From a virus, in UHGV virus genome UHGV-0235795: a DNA stretch of 37,388 bases; one strand, 5' to 3'. The notes beneath the pieces were generated by a model. That model made no database searches and was not told the origin of the DNA. It was given only the letters and a program-made list of their open reading frames with translations. This document shows, in pieces, positions 27,850-36,313 of this stretch (position 1 is its first letter; the number at the start of each line of letters is the position of its first letter). Made by a program: the position numbers and the translations under genes.

Positions 27850-28025
27850 GAAAAATCACTCCATTCTTCCGATGCAAGCCAATCTTCATATCCTGTATGT
27901 CCCTCGTAGCACATTTCCTGTGCTATACAATCGGAGCAGCATCTTGTTATTTTGCACAGCATATCAGCCAATTCCTTGTCTGTTGCTTTCTTTATGCGGT
28001 CGGCATTTGTCATTTTCTCAGCCAT
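27846..28025 (-). CDS. Small hypothetical Cys-containing protein (59 aa)
   Basis: Internal ATG at 28025 (MAEKMTNADRIKK...) placed 1 nt after the stop of the upstream gene; CxxC-like CCSDCIAQEMC. Confidence 0.35.
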   Translation of the reverse strand: MAEKMTNADRIKKATDKELADMLCKITRCCSDCIAQEMCYEGHTGYEDWLASEEWSDFS

Positions 28026-28026
28026 T

Positions 28027-28251
28027 TCATAACGCCTCCAACTCTTTTTCATACTCTGATTTTTTCTGTCGCAGCCACTCACACAACTCTTTTTGGAATC
28101 GGAGCGACTGCCCATAATTGCAGGGAAATGAGCTGGATATGTGTAATCCATCCCCTTTCTCATAGTCCTCAGTCAAGCTCCTAATGCTTTCAATATCTTT
28201 TTCCAAATCTTTTGCTCTATTTAAAACGTCTTTAGTCATGACTTTCCTCAT
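28027..28251 (-). CDS. Small hypothetical protein (74 aa)
   Basis: ORF co-oriented, charged/coiled-coil. Confidence 0.4.
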   Translation of the reverse strand: MRKVMTKDVLNRAKDLEKDIESIRSLTEDYEKGDGLHISSSFPCNYGQSLRFQKELCEWLRQKKSEYEKELEAL

Positions 28252-28388
28252 CCTTTCTACCTGTTTCTACTGGAACTTTCCTCTTGAAATGTTTCTCGCA
28301 TCCCGCAAGATCGCAGTTGTAAAAATTCAATGGGTTTTCATTTCGGTGTAGCTGCCATAATATTTTCCTTTCAAATTTGTCGCATGGC

Positions 28389-28703
28389 TTATACTGTTTC
28401 TATGTTTTTGAGTTTTCTTTGCAGAAGCTTGATTACTTTATAATATCTGTAATTCTGTCGCAATCCAATCTTTTTGACATATCGAAACTTGATTGTAAAT
28501 TTAATATGTTTACAAAGAAAATAGTTGCAAAAATCAACGGGTGTCAGATGGTTCAGATGTTCAGAATCACCTATAAAGCCCATAAAGCCATTCTGTTCAT
28601 CATAGCTAAGTGGCTTTGTAAATACATAGACGATGCTGTCGGTGGCAAACTTTTCCATATCAGTGAAGTCTTTGTTTGCCGACTGCCATCTTAGTCTGGT
28701 CAA
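28389..28703 (-). CDS. Hypothetical protein in AT-rich moron
   Basis: 104-aa ORF of markedly lower GC than its neighbours, preceded by a 290-bp AT-rich non-coding region (28704-28995). Confidence 0.4.
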   Translation of the reverse strand: MTRLRWQSANKDFTDMEKFATDSIVYVFTKPLSYDEQNGFMGFIGDSEHLNHLTPVDFCNYFLCKHIKFTIKFRYVKKIGLRQNYRYYKVIKLLQRKLKNIETV

Positions 28704-28995
28704 AAATATGTTATGGTCTTTTATAGGATTTTTTTTCTAATGTATTGCACATAGCATTTTTCTCCATTCTTCGAGTTAATCGGTTTTTTATTTGAATAAA
28801 TTTCAGTTTACTGCGCCTATTCTAATCAATATCTGCATTATTTTATACTTATCACATTTCACGTGTTTACAATTTCTACATCTCAACAGAGATGCTTTAC
28901 TACACTCAATCATAAAATCGCTCCTCATACCAAATATCTGCCATAGCCCTTGTCAGTTGGACACCCTCCAAAATAGTGTATCGTTCAGCCTTTTT

Positions 28996-29181
28996 CTACT
29001 CAATTACATAATCTTCATCCAATAATGCAATATCTAAACCATTGAAATTGTAATCAGATTCAAACCAAGTGTGATTCGTTTTTATATACTGTATTGCTTT
29101 TTCTCTTGCAGATTCATAGCTATCCGCTTTTATTACAACTTGATAGCTATCGTCTGCAAACCTAGCTATATACAATTCCAT
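28996..29181 (-). CDS. Small hypothetical protein (61 aa)
   Basis: ORF co-oriented. Confidence 0.35.
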   Translation of the reverse strand: MELYIARFADDSYQVVIKADSYESAREKAIQYIKTNHTWFESDYNFNGLDIALLDEDYVIE

Positions 29182-29213
29182 ATTTTCACCTCAATCTCCC
29201 ATGAAATCGTCAT

Positions 29214-29483
29214 TCAATCTGCCTCGCATTGCTTAGCACCGGATTTCACAATCTCAATACATTTACATATTCTTTGGTATTCATTAATGCCATGTGCTGG
29301 TGTTCCGTCAATCAGTTCCATGTCTTTGAAATCTTCCAACATATCAACAACCTTGTCCACGTCATAGGCTGTTGGCTGTTCTTTTAGCATATCTTCAATA
29401 TCGGGAATACAAAACTCGTAGCCTCTCCCTAGATACTTTGCAATTTCACCACTCGTAATCTTGTCAGCATCAATCAATCTCAT
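29214..29483 (-). CDS. Hypothetical protein (89 aa)
   Basis: ATG 29483 in TAATG overlap with the upstream gene stop. Confidence 0.4.
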   Translation of the reverse strand: MRLIDADKITSGEIAKYLGRGYEFCIPDIEDMLKEQPTAYDVDKVVDMLEDFKDMELIDGTPAHGINEYQRICKCIEIVKSGAKQCEAD

Positions 29484-30046
29484 TATCTTCCGCTCCTTAA
29501 CATACAAAAAAGTAATTCTGTCATAGATTTTTTTCTTAGTCCCATTCTGCAAGGCTTTACTACCTTTAATTCCCACCCCGTCACATTCGCATTTACATCT
29601 ATTGCCGTTGGATTCTGAAATTCATCCTCCAACTCTTTCATGCATGGAACTGCTACCATAATTCCCCAATATTTAGAGGATTCCGGGTTGCATTGGTGTA
29701 AATGTTCATCAAACTTACCGCTTCGCATATCAGGTAATAATTTTTTGTAACATTCCATTGTAGTTACTATATAGTTCTTTTCTCCATAAAAATTTAATCC
29801 ATTCCCACTATATACATCATCCTTGCAGCTTTTAATTTCATAACACGTAAATATTCCTTTTTCTATCCCTGATACAGACATTTGATCTTCCGGTGAAAAC
29901 TGCATATAATCCACTCTTTTCGCATTGGATGTCCACGGATCAATGCTCACTTCTTTTGCATAATGTTTTCCAAAGACGTTTAGTTTTGTACGTTCAAGAA
30001 TATGTGACAGGAAAAGTGTAATTTCTTTTCTATTCATCTTCTTCAC
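29483..30046 (-). CDS. PD-(D/E)XK nuclease-like protein (MmcB-like)
   Basis: D...E.K arrangement around VDYMQF and CYEIKSCKDD; 187 aa. Confidence 0.3.
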   Translation of the reverse strand: MKKMNRKEITLFLSHILERTKLNVFGKHYAKEVSIDPWTSNAKRVDYMQFSPEDQMSVSGIEKGIFTCYEIKSCKDDVYSGNGLNFYGEKNYIVTTMECYKKLLPDMRSGKFDEHLHQCNPESSKYWGIMVAVPCMKELEDEFQNPTAIDVNANVTGWELKVVKPCRMGLRKKSMTELLFCMLRSGR

Positions 30047-30215
30047 TCCTCCCTAAACAGTTCCGGCAGTGGCATCCAGGAAATGACGCAATCACCGTCA
30101 TCTTCCCAATGCCCGTCTTTAAAATACGACTGCCCTGTAAATGCTTCATCTGTTCCAATCAATTCCCCTGATAAATTTCCATCTTTTTCTCCTTCATCTT
30201 CGAAGCTCTTCGCTT

Positions 30216-30515
30216 TTATCTCAATGAATTCATTTGCATTTCTTCGAAGATTTTCTCATAACCTATCTGCTGATCGCGTTCTTTCAGATGCTCAACACGG
30301 TTATTCCATTTCTCAACAGCTTCTTCTTTGGAATTCGCTCCATGTACCGCATAGCAATCTTCCTCGGCTGTGTCTATTGTTGTTCCGTGTATTCCATCGT
30401 AGTGGCAGTATCTCGGACAGCCAGCCGACCATCCGAAATAAAATCCGTCTGCCACATCTCTTGAAAGATATGCTTTCGCTCCACATCTAGGGCATGGTTT
30501 TAATTCTTCCATCAA
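30216..30515 (-). CDS. lar: Lar-family restriction alleviation protein
   Basis: N-terminal zinc ribbon LKPCPRCGAKAY...CPRYC and conserved EEAVEKWNNR motif of the Lar family. Confidence 0.65.
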   Translation of the reverse strand: MMEELKPCPRCGAKAYLSRDVADGFYFGWSAGCPRYCHYDGIHGTTIDTAEEDCYAVHGANSKEEAVEKWNNRVEHLKERDQQIGYEKIFEEMQMNSLR

Positions 30516-30895
30516 TCATTCCTCCTTATCACTATCTGAATCCCAAGCTCTTCTCTGATCTGCCCGATAAAATCATCCCATGTTGCAAGATCATCTACGA
30601 TGCACTCTGCCTTAAGATTCATCCTTTCTATAAATCGCTGACACCTTTTCGCACCAAAATCAAATTCATCATGCAAGGTAGCCACTGAAAGAGTCAGCAT
30701 AGTATCAAGAGTCATCTCTTTTATTTTGGTGCAAGCCTTATTCAACTCTTTCTTGCTCATTGCTGTATTAATTCCTTTTGCCCCACGGAACTTAATCTCT
30801 TCCCGTAAAGCGTCCACTCCATCTTCCTCTACGATTTTCAGTGCTAACAGCAAACCGTCATTTCTGCCTGATGCATATTCATCAATTTTTCCCAT
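30512..30895 (-). CDS. Hypothetical protein
   Basis: 127-aa co-oriented ORF. Confidence 0.4.
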   Translation of the reverse strand: MGKIDEYASGRNDGLLLALKIVEEDGVDALREEIKFRGAKGINTAMSKKELNKACTKIKEMTLDTMLTLSVATLHDEFDFGAKRCQRFIERMNLKAECIVDDLATWDDFIGQIREELGIQIVIRRND

Positions 30896-30916
30896 GTTCT
30901 TTCTCCCAATACTCCA

Positions 30917-32296
30917 CTACGCAAATCTCAATTGTTCTTCTGTATCATCAATTCTCATGTTCGGTACTCTCTCGCCGACCTTAAGATACGGACAGTTTGC
31001 TTCTACGAGCTTTTCTGCCATGATCGGCACTACGCTGTTACCGATTCTTGCGACTTGCTTAGCTATCGGATATTTCTTCCAGTTGTAATCTCTGTCGATA
31101 ATGTAATCCTTTGGAAACCCTTGCATCAGCTTTAGTTCTTCCGGTTTCAGCATCCGAAGAAAAATGTCTGATATGATATATTGCTCTCCGTCAATATCCA
31201 ATATCACATTTACCAGTCCGAACCGATCTTTCGTAGTGATCGTATCAAGCGGTCTATCCAATGTCTGTCCGCATCCACCGCCGTAATACTTAATCAGAAA
31301 AGCAGATACCAAACCAAAGTGACCAGGCGAAGTTGTGATTGTATGAAGTGGTTCGTCACAGCCTTGACCTATGCCGGTCTTGTAATACTTCGTAATGAAC
31401 GCCGTAACCAATCCGTATCGGTTCGATGTATCAATCGTCTTGATTGGTTCCGTCAAAAGCTGTCCTCTTGAATCACCGGCTCTCGTCTCTCCGTGATACT
31501 GGATGATATATGCCAGTGCTTCTCCATTCCTCACGATATAAGGAGATTCTGCATCGATAATATATTTCTTAATACCGTTTGCGATTCTCTTCTGTGTAGC
31601 TTCTGCAAGTGGCTTCTTGCGGTCAAATATCGAACTGCCAAGGTCAGACCAATCAATGTAATCTCCGCAAGGTTTCCACTTCTCAAATCCGATACCATCT
31701 GCACTGTGAGTCTGTTTTGGAAATCTGATTTCTTTTCCATCTCTGCGAAACACTGCATACCATCTCTTTCTTGTGGTCGGTGCTCCGTAGTCCGCAGCTG
31801 CCAATTCTCTGCTACCGAAACGGTACCCGAGGCTCTTCATTGCTGTAATGAATTTTTTATAATCCTCGCCTTTTTTCTCCGGTATTGGATAACCTTTTTC
31901 GTCTAACGGCCCCCACTGTTGTATCTCTTCAACATTTTCCATCAGCACCACGTCCGGAAGAATCTCCTTTGCGTGTTTGTATACCGCCCACGGAAGAATC
32001 CGAAGCCCTTTTTCTCTCGGCTTACCGCCCTTTGCTTTTGAATGGCTTGTGCAGTCTGGACTCGCCCACATAAGAGCTACGTGTCGCCCTTTAACATATT
32101 TCTTCAAGTTGACCTTAAAAATATCCTCAGTCAGATGAATTGTGTCCGGGTGGTTTGTCTTATGCATCAATATGGCATCTGGATCATGGTTAATCGCTAT
32201 ATCAACAGGTCTTCCGAGTGCCATTTCTATTCCTACGGATGCACCGCCACCACCGGCAAAGGCATCTATAATCAAGTCTTTCATCACATCCCCCAA
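30917..32296 (-). CDS. DNA cytosine-5 methyltransferase (orphan, phage-encoded)
   Basis: Motif I IIDAFAGGGGASVG, ENV motif VVLMENVEE, catalytic-Cys motif as divergent ASPDCTSHS; internally duplicated block (R/D)(Y/F)GLV.AF..KYY..G.GQ..D.PL.TITT in C-terminal half; no adjacent restriction gene. Confidence 0.7.
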   Translation of the reverse strand: MGDVMKDLIIDAFAGGGGASVGIEMALGRPVDIAINHDPDAILMHKTNHPDTIHLTEDIFKVNLKKYVKGRHVALMWASPDCTSHSKAKGGKPREKGLRILPWAVYKHAKEILPDVVLMENVEEIQQWGPLDEKGYPIPEKKGEDYKKFITAMKSLGYRFGSRELAAADYGAPTTRKRWYAVFRRDGKEIRFPKQTHSADGIGFEKWKPCGDYIDWSDLGSSIFDRKKPLAEATQKRIANGIKKYIIDAESPYIVRNGEALAYIIQYHGETRAGDSRGQLLTEPIKTIDTSNRYGLVTAFITKYYKTGIGQGCDEPLHTITTSPGHFGLVSAFLIKYYGGGCGQTLDRPLDTITTKDRFGLVNVILDIDGEQYIISDIFLRMLKPEELKLMQGFPKDYIIDRDYNWKKYPIAKQVARIGNSVVPIMAEKLVEANCPYLKVGERVPNMRIDDTEEQLRFA

Positions 32297-32544
32297 TCCT
32301 GTCTCGCACCGGAATTTCCGGCAATTCCATTGCTGTAAGCCGTGGTCTTGCCATTTGCTCCGTAAGCATATCTAAGTCCTTTATCTGCATTGATTCCTTG
32401 CCAGTGCATGTTGCCCTCATGCAAGACAATCAGGTCATTCATGCTGTAGTCCTCTTTCGGATTCAGCTCTACATACTTTTCAGCACCTTTTTTCGTACCG
32501 TATCCGCATTTCTGCACGGTCTTTATAAATTCTTCTGCCGTCAT
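32284..32544 (-). CDS. Hypothetical protein
   Basis: 86-aa ORF overlapping the MTase start by 13 nt. Confidence 0.35.
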   Translation of the reverse strand: MTAEEFIKTVQKCGYGTKKGAEKYVELNPKEDYSMNDLIVLHEGNMHWQGINADKGLRYAYGANGKTTAYSNGIAGNSGARQDWGM

Positions 32545-32921
32545 TTTCTCACTCGGAGCAAAGATATCTTTTCTGTGCGCACAAATCTCCTGCTCCTTTC
32601 TGTTTTACTGTCTAGTTGCTGTAATTCTTTTTTTCGCTATCTCGTAAAAATGAGAATCTAGTTCAAAACCGATAAAATTTCTTCCGGTATTCACATATGC
32701 TACACCTCTTTCGCTTTACAGGTCAGACCTTTGTGGAAATACATTTCTGTCCTTCTTCTAGTTTTCACATAGTCATAATCCCCAATGATCTGTTCGCCAC
32801 ATCTTGCACAGATCAGCACATCCTCTTCCTTTGCCTGCTCTTTTTTCTCAATTTTTCCTTTTTTTCAACGCATTCGTCCTCCCACATTGTTTATATAAAT
32901 TTCTGCTCGTTTCAAACACAT

Positions 32922-33734
32922 TTAACTCTTTCCGACCAACTGGGCTTCCAAAGAGTCCATGTCATATCTCCTCCGTTCAAAGTTGTTATTGTTCCTTACC
33001 GCCGCCTTTTGTGGCGATCGGCTTTCCTCATACTGCCCTTCAAGCACTTTCGGGAAGTTGTTTGGCTTCACAAACCAGTCAAAGGTGATCTGCCATCTTC
33101 CGTCCGTCTTGCCCTGTAAAAACTCGCTGTGCTTTACGTTCTCGATTGCCCGAAGTACTTCCGCTTCTCCGTATTCCCTGATCCGGGCAGTCAGATTTTG
33201 TAATCTCTGCGATCCCCTGTTCAGCTTGCATACAGGTTTGATTCCGTATCGTTCAAGATCATTCCATGCCTCCATGATCTGCCGGATATCGCCGGGGCGA
33301 TGGATAGATACGTTAGTATCTTTATATTCTTCCTTTCTTTCCTTCTTCCTTTCTTCTATTGTTGTCGCTTGCTTGTCGCTTGCTTGTCGGTTGCCTGTCA
33401 CCTGCTTGTCAGCTTGCGTGTCGCTTTGCTGATATGCACAGTAGTTATTTACCGTAAATACGCTATATTTACTATGTCGGTTGATTGTCACCTCGCCTGT
33501 CTTTTCAAGGTGATTTATCGCTGTCCGTACCTCTCTAACTGAAAGGTTTGTTTCGTCAGATAACTTAGACAATGAAGACACAAAAGACCCTCTTTTTATC
33601 TCTTCTCCTCTGAAATTTCCGTCTTTCCAGTTAGCCCTCAGGAGCATATGGACGAATAATCTACAGGTGTTGATATCGCCATACCAGTCCCAGTCAAGCA
33701 ACGATCTGTTGATTTTTATGTAATCACCTTTCAT
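32922..33734 (-). CDS. Replisome organizer / DnaD-like replication initiation protein
   Basis: N-terminus MKGDYIKINRSLLDWDWYGDINTCRLFVHMLLRANWKDGNFRGEEIKRGSFVSSLSKLSDETNLSVREVRTAINHLEKTGEV is the phage replisome-organizer winged-helix domain; Q/D/K-rich linker encoded by direct repeats; C-terminal DnaD-like region. Confidence 0.65.
   Translation of the reverse strand: MKGDYIKINRSLLDWDWYGDINTCRLFVHMLLRANWKDGNFRGEEIKRGSFVSSLSKLSDETNLSVREVRTAINHLEKTGEVTINRHSKYSVFTVNNYCAYQQSDTQADKQVTGNRQASDKQATTIEERKKERKEEYKDTNVSIHRPGDIRQIMEAWNDLERYGIKPVCKLNRGSQRLQNLTARIREYGEAEVLRAIENVKHSEFLQGKTDGRWQITFDWFVKPNNFPKVLEGQYEESRSPQKAAVRNNNNFERRRYDMDSLEAQLVGKS
33353..33421. repeat. Iteron-like degenerate 12-bp direct repeats (G-YTTGCYTGTCR) inside the replisome-organizer gene; putative ori
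   Basis: GTCGCTTGCTTGTCGCTTGCTTGTCGGTTGCCTGTCACCTGCTTGTCAGCTTGCGTGTCGCTTTGCTG seen directly. Confidence 0.45.
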
Positions 33735-34047
33735 ACATCTTCATCCATTCTTTCAGCGGCATTGTAACCAGCCACTCTCTTCTATTCTTCCGGTGCATCA
33801 CAACAGGTATTTCGACCTCTCTCGCATCGTTCCTAGACTGTTCTACAGCCGCATAGAGGTTCAATTTCTCAACCCTCTTGCACTCGATATGGACACCAGG
33901 AAGACCCACCACATCAGCATCGCCATTGGATCCACAGAACTGCTGTCCTCTGCGGCAGCCGTAGCCGTATTCCTTAAGCAGATTCGCAAGTTCTCTCTCC
34001 CCTTCTTTCCCCTTCCTGTTCGAGTTCATTTGTATCCACCTCCACAT
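33724..34047 (-). CDS. PD-(D/E)XK Holliday-junction resolvase-like nuclease (Hjc-like)
   Basis: E...D...E.K spacing: GERELANLL, GDADVVGLPG, HIECKRV; 107 aa. Confidence 0.45.
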   Translation of the reverse strand: MWRWIQMNSNRKGKEGERELANLLKEYGYGCRRGQQFCGSNGDADVVGLPGVHIECKRVEKLNLYAAVEQSRNDAREVEIPVVMHRKNRREWLVTMPLKEWMKMYER

Positions 34048-34360
34048 TACAATTCCTAGCCATTTTCCTGGCTGCTTTCAACGCCCAGCCTATGCTTTTT
34101 AATCTGCTCTCTTCCTGCTGGATATACTGCACAAGCATGATTCTTTCTTCAGGGAGATTCATGTCTGGGATAAAATATCCCTCGCCATCCTGGAGATTAA
34201 GAATCGCTATCTTCCGTCTTGCGTAATGGATCATATCTCTTATTGCCCTGTCTTTGATCCCGGTCTGATCCATCAGTTCTCTTCTTGTTACGGCATTATC
34301 ATGTCCTGTCGGAATGTAATCCAAAATATCAAATTTAATCAATTTGCAAAATTTACCCAT
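33974..34360 (-). CDS. Hypothetical HTH-containing protein
   Basis: ATG 34360 with AAAGGAGAAAG RBS; NAVTRRELMDQTGIKDRAIRDMIHYARRK looks like an HTH. Confidence 0.4.
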   Translation of the reverse strand: MGKFCKLIKFDILDYIPTGHDNAVTRRELMDQTGIKDRAIRDMIHYARRKIAILNLQDGEGYFIPDMNLPEERIMLVQYIQQEESRLKSIGWALKAARKMARNCNVEVDTNELEQEGERRGERTCESA

Positions 34361-34486
34361 CCGTAAATCTTTCTCCTTTCCCTCCCCGGATAAACCGGGG
34401 AGATCATCAATCATGGCTTACAAAGGGTACTGTGACATACTGCCGTAAACCATAGGAGTTTTATATCAAGCCAAACGGCTTAATAC

Positions 34487-34795
34487 CTACAACCACGATT
34501 TCCCGAATATGGAACGGAACTCTTCCCTGCTGCCGATGTTCTTCTCAAAATATCTCTGAGCCATCTGCTTTAATTCCAAGTCCAACCCGTGGTTCGGGTT
34601 CTCGTGTACGCTCCCCCTGCCAAATTCATGGAGATATGGGGCAAGGGGAATTACAAACCCATATCTCTCTGAAAGTTTTCTCCGTGATCCATAGAAAATA
34701 TGGTGAATATGTGGATAAGGTGCTTCAGTGAAATAGCAATGGTTCATATCTTCCGTAAATACACTTTTCAGTTTTTTAGCCAATATCCACACCAT
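34487..34795 (-). CDS. Hypothetical His-rich protein
   Basis: 102-aa ORF, HIHHIFYG and several further His; no family recognised. Confidence 0.35.
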   Translation of the reverse strand: MVWILAKKLKSVFTEDMNHCYFTEAPYPHIHHIFYGSRRKLSERYGFVIPLAPYLHEFGRGSVHENPNHGLDLELKQMAQRYFEKNIGSREEFRSIFGKSWL

Positions 34796-35357
34796 ATCTT
34801 TCTTTCAGGATTCGCTTTTCATCTGGGGATGCAATCTCTGCATCCGGGACTCCTGCCTCTTTGCAGCTCGTCACAAGTCCATCAATCAGTCTTGCCATCT
34901 CTGCTGTGTCATACGTATGCGAGCCTCTCAGGAGCTTATATGTACGGTACATTACACCGTCCACGCCTTCCCTGACTTGTGAAGTTGGCTGCAGGTGATA
35001 GTCTGTCGCATTCAGCACTTTTCTCTCTGCTTCTTCCGTGTCAGGGATCGTCATGTAGATTGCCTTACCTTCAATGATCTCCGGCTGTCCGTAATGGATC
35101 AGCATCCGGTTATGCATCTCGGGATTTGATGTCTGCATGGCATTTGCGAGTTTTGTCAGGAGTACCCAATAATATGCATTTGCATCCAGACTTCTCTTTC
35201 TCCTGTATCGCTTGATTTCAAGGCTTAACTTTTCACAGTCTTTCAATTCCTCATATGCCTGTGAAAAGTCCTGCTGTGGCTCGAATAGAATGGTCAGGCG
35301 GTGAGTTGCAAAGTCAATAATCGGTTCTTTCAGTCTGCCGGTAAATCTCATCAGCAC
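34776..35357 (-). CDS. NinB/Orf-like recombination mediator
   Basis: RSLDANAYYWVLLTKLANAMQ parallels the lambda NinB RSLDQNRKLWACLGDVSRQV segment; adjacent to the annealing-protein gene. Confidence 0.4.
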   Translation of the reverse strand: MLMRFTGRLKEPIIDFATHRLTILFEPQQDFSQAYEELKDCEKLSLEIKRYRRKRSLDANAYYWVLLTKLANAMQTSNPEMHNRMLIHYGQPEIIEGKAIYMTIPDTEEAERKVLNATDYHLQPTSQVREGVDGVMYRTYKLLRGSHTYDTAEMARLIDGLVTSCKEAGVPDAEIASPDEKRILKERYGVDIG

Positions 35358-35905
35358 TCACCCATTTTACGCATCAAAATATTAAACTGATTTATATTCA
35401 GATCCTGAAGCTCCTGCACGCCAAAGAATTGGCACACTGCTTCTACCGTCTGTCCGTGTACAGGAATACACTTCATTAGTGTATTAACATGATACTCCTC
35501 CAGCTTTTTCATGCTTTCCTGCTGCTTCATCGCATTCAGAACCTCTTCCGCACTAGCTACGCTTACATCAATGCCAATGCCACACATTCCCAACGCCCTG
35601 CCTACCGCAGAAGTTTCACAATTTTCCAAATAGGAAGTATTATTGATAAATGTTGATCCCTCTTTTTCATAAGCATGACCGGTTCCGATAACTGCACCGA
35701 AATCATCTTTCACGACCGCACGGATCACGCACACACCGTCACTATTGCTGACCAGTTCCGTCTCGATGGCTCCGTTCGGGTATAAAAGACGGAATGCCTT
35801 GATCCGCTGGTTTACTTCTGCATACGCCTTTCCTTTTACCTCGATTTTGCTGATGGTGCTATTCGCAGCCTGTAATGCTTCAAATGTCATTTTCTTCCTC
35901 CTCAA
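35351..35905 (-). CDS. Single-strand annealing protein (Rad52/Sak-like)
   Basis: NCETSAVGRALGMCGIGI resembles the Rad52 N-domain motif ([23 protein letters not shown]); 184 aa. Confidence 0.4.
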   Translation of the reverse strand: MRRKKMTFEALQAANSTISKIEVKGKAYAEVNQRIKAFRLLYPNGAIETELVSNSDGVCVIRAVVKDDFGAVIGTGHAYEKEGSTFINNTSYLENCETSAVGRALGMCGIGIDVSVASAEEVLNAMKQQESMKKLEEYHVNTLMKCIPVHGQTVEAVCQFFGVQELQDLNINQFNILMRKMGEC

Positions 35906-36062
35906 TCCAGTTACCTGAAAAGAACCATTCGACCAGCTCTTTTCTGAACTCCTGCCGGTCTTCTTCTGTTCCTTTCAGGCATCTTTCTAAGGCGTAATCA
36001 TACGCTTTATCTTCTGCTACAATCGTATCTTCTTCCGGTCCGATTCCTCTGTATATCTTCAT
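35880..36062 (-). CDS. Small hypothetical acidic protein (60 aa)
   Basis: ORF track; co-oriented. Confidence 0.35.
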   Translation of the reverse strand: MKIYRGIGPEEDTIVAEDKAYDYALERCLKGTEEDRQEFRKELVEWFFSGNWIEEEENDI

Positions 36063-36229
36063 TCGTACACCCCGATTATCGCTCTTATGGTTTCTCTATT
36101 TGAGAATGGTGTTGACTCTTCCTCGTCTTCGTGCTTCAGAAACGTGATTAATGCGTCTATCTTTCCTTCCATCAGGCACAGGCTCTTATATCTGTCTTCG
36201 TCAACGAAAATTTCTTTCTTTTCTTCCAT
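36059..36229 (-). CDS. Small hypothetical protein (56 aa), not in ORF track
   Basis: ATG 36229 preceded by GAGGAGGATGTGGCA; MEEKKEIFVDEDRYKSLCLMEGKIDALITFLKHEDEEESTPFSNRETIRAIIGVYE; stop overlaps the start of the next gene. Confidence 0.35.
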   Translation of the reverse strand: MEEKKEIFVDEDRYKSLCLMEGKIDALITFLKHEDEEESTPFSNRETIRAIIGVYE

Positions 36230-36313
36230 TGCCACATCCTCCTCGATTTGTTATTATTATGTTGGTTATTTTCTAAGTGCCTGAGAGGTTGCCGCCTCGC
36301 TACGGCACTTTCC

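Noticed and set aside
27572-27889. 105-aa minus-strand ORF overlapping 27637-27849
   Set aside because: The competing frame gives an ATGA-coupled 70-aa protein that fits the operon spacing. The 105-aa frame is Ser/Gly/Cys-rich with no RBS.
27228-28184. 318-aa plus-strand ORF
   Set aside because: It lies antisense across four compact minus-strand genes in a unidirectional operon. It has Ser/Cys/Pro-rich composition typical of shadow ORFs and no RBS.
33724-34047. RusA-type resolvase call
   Set aside because: The spacing of acidic and lysine residues (E17, D43, E55-x-K57) fits the PD-(D/E)XK Hjc-like fold, not the RusA signature.
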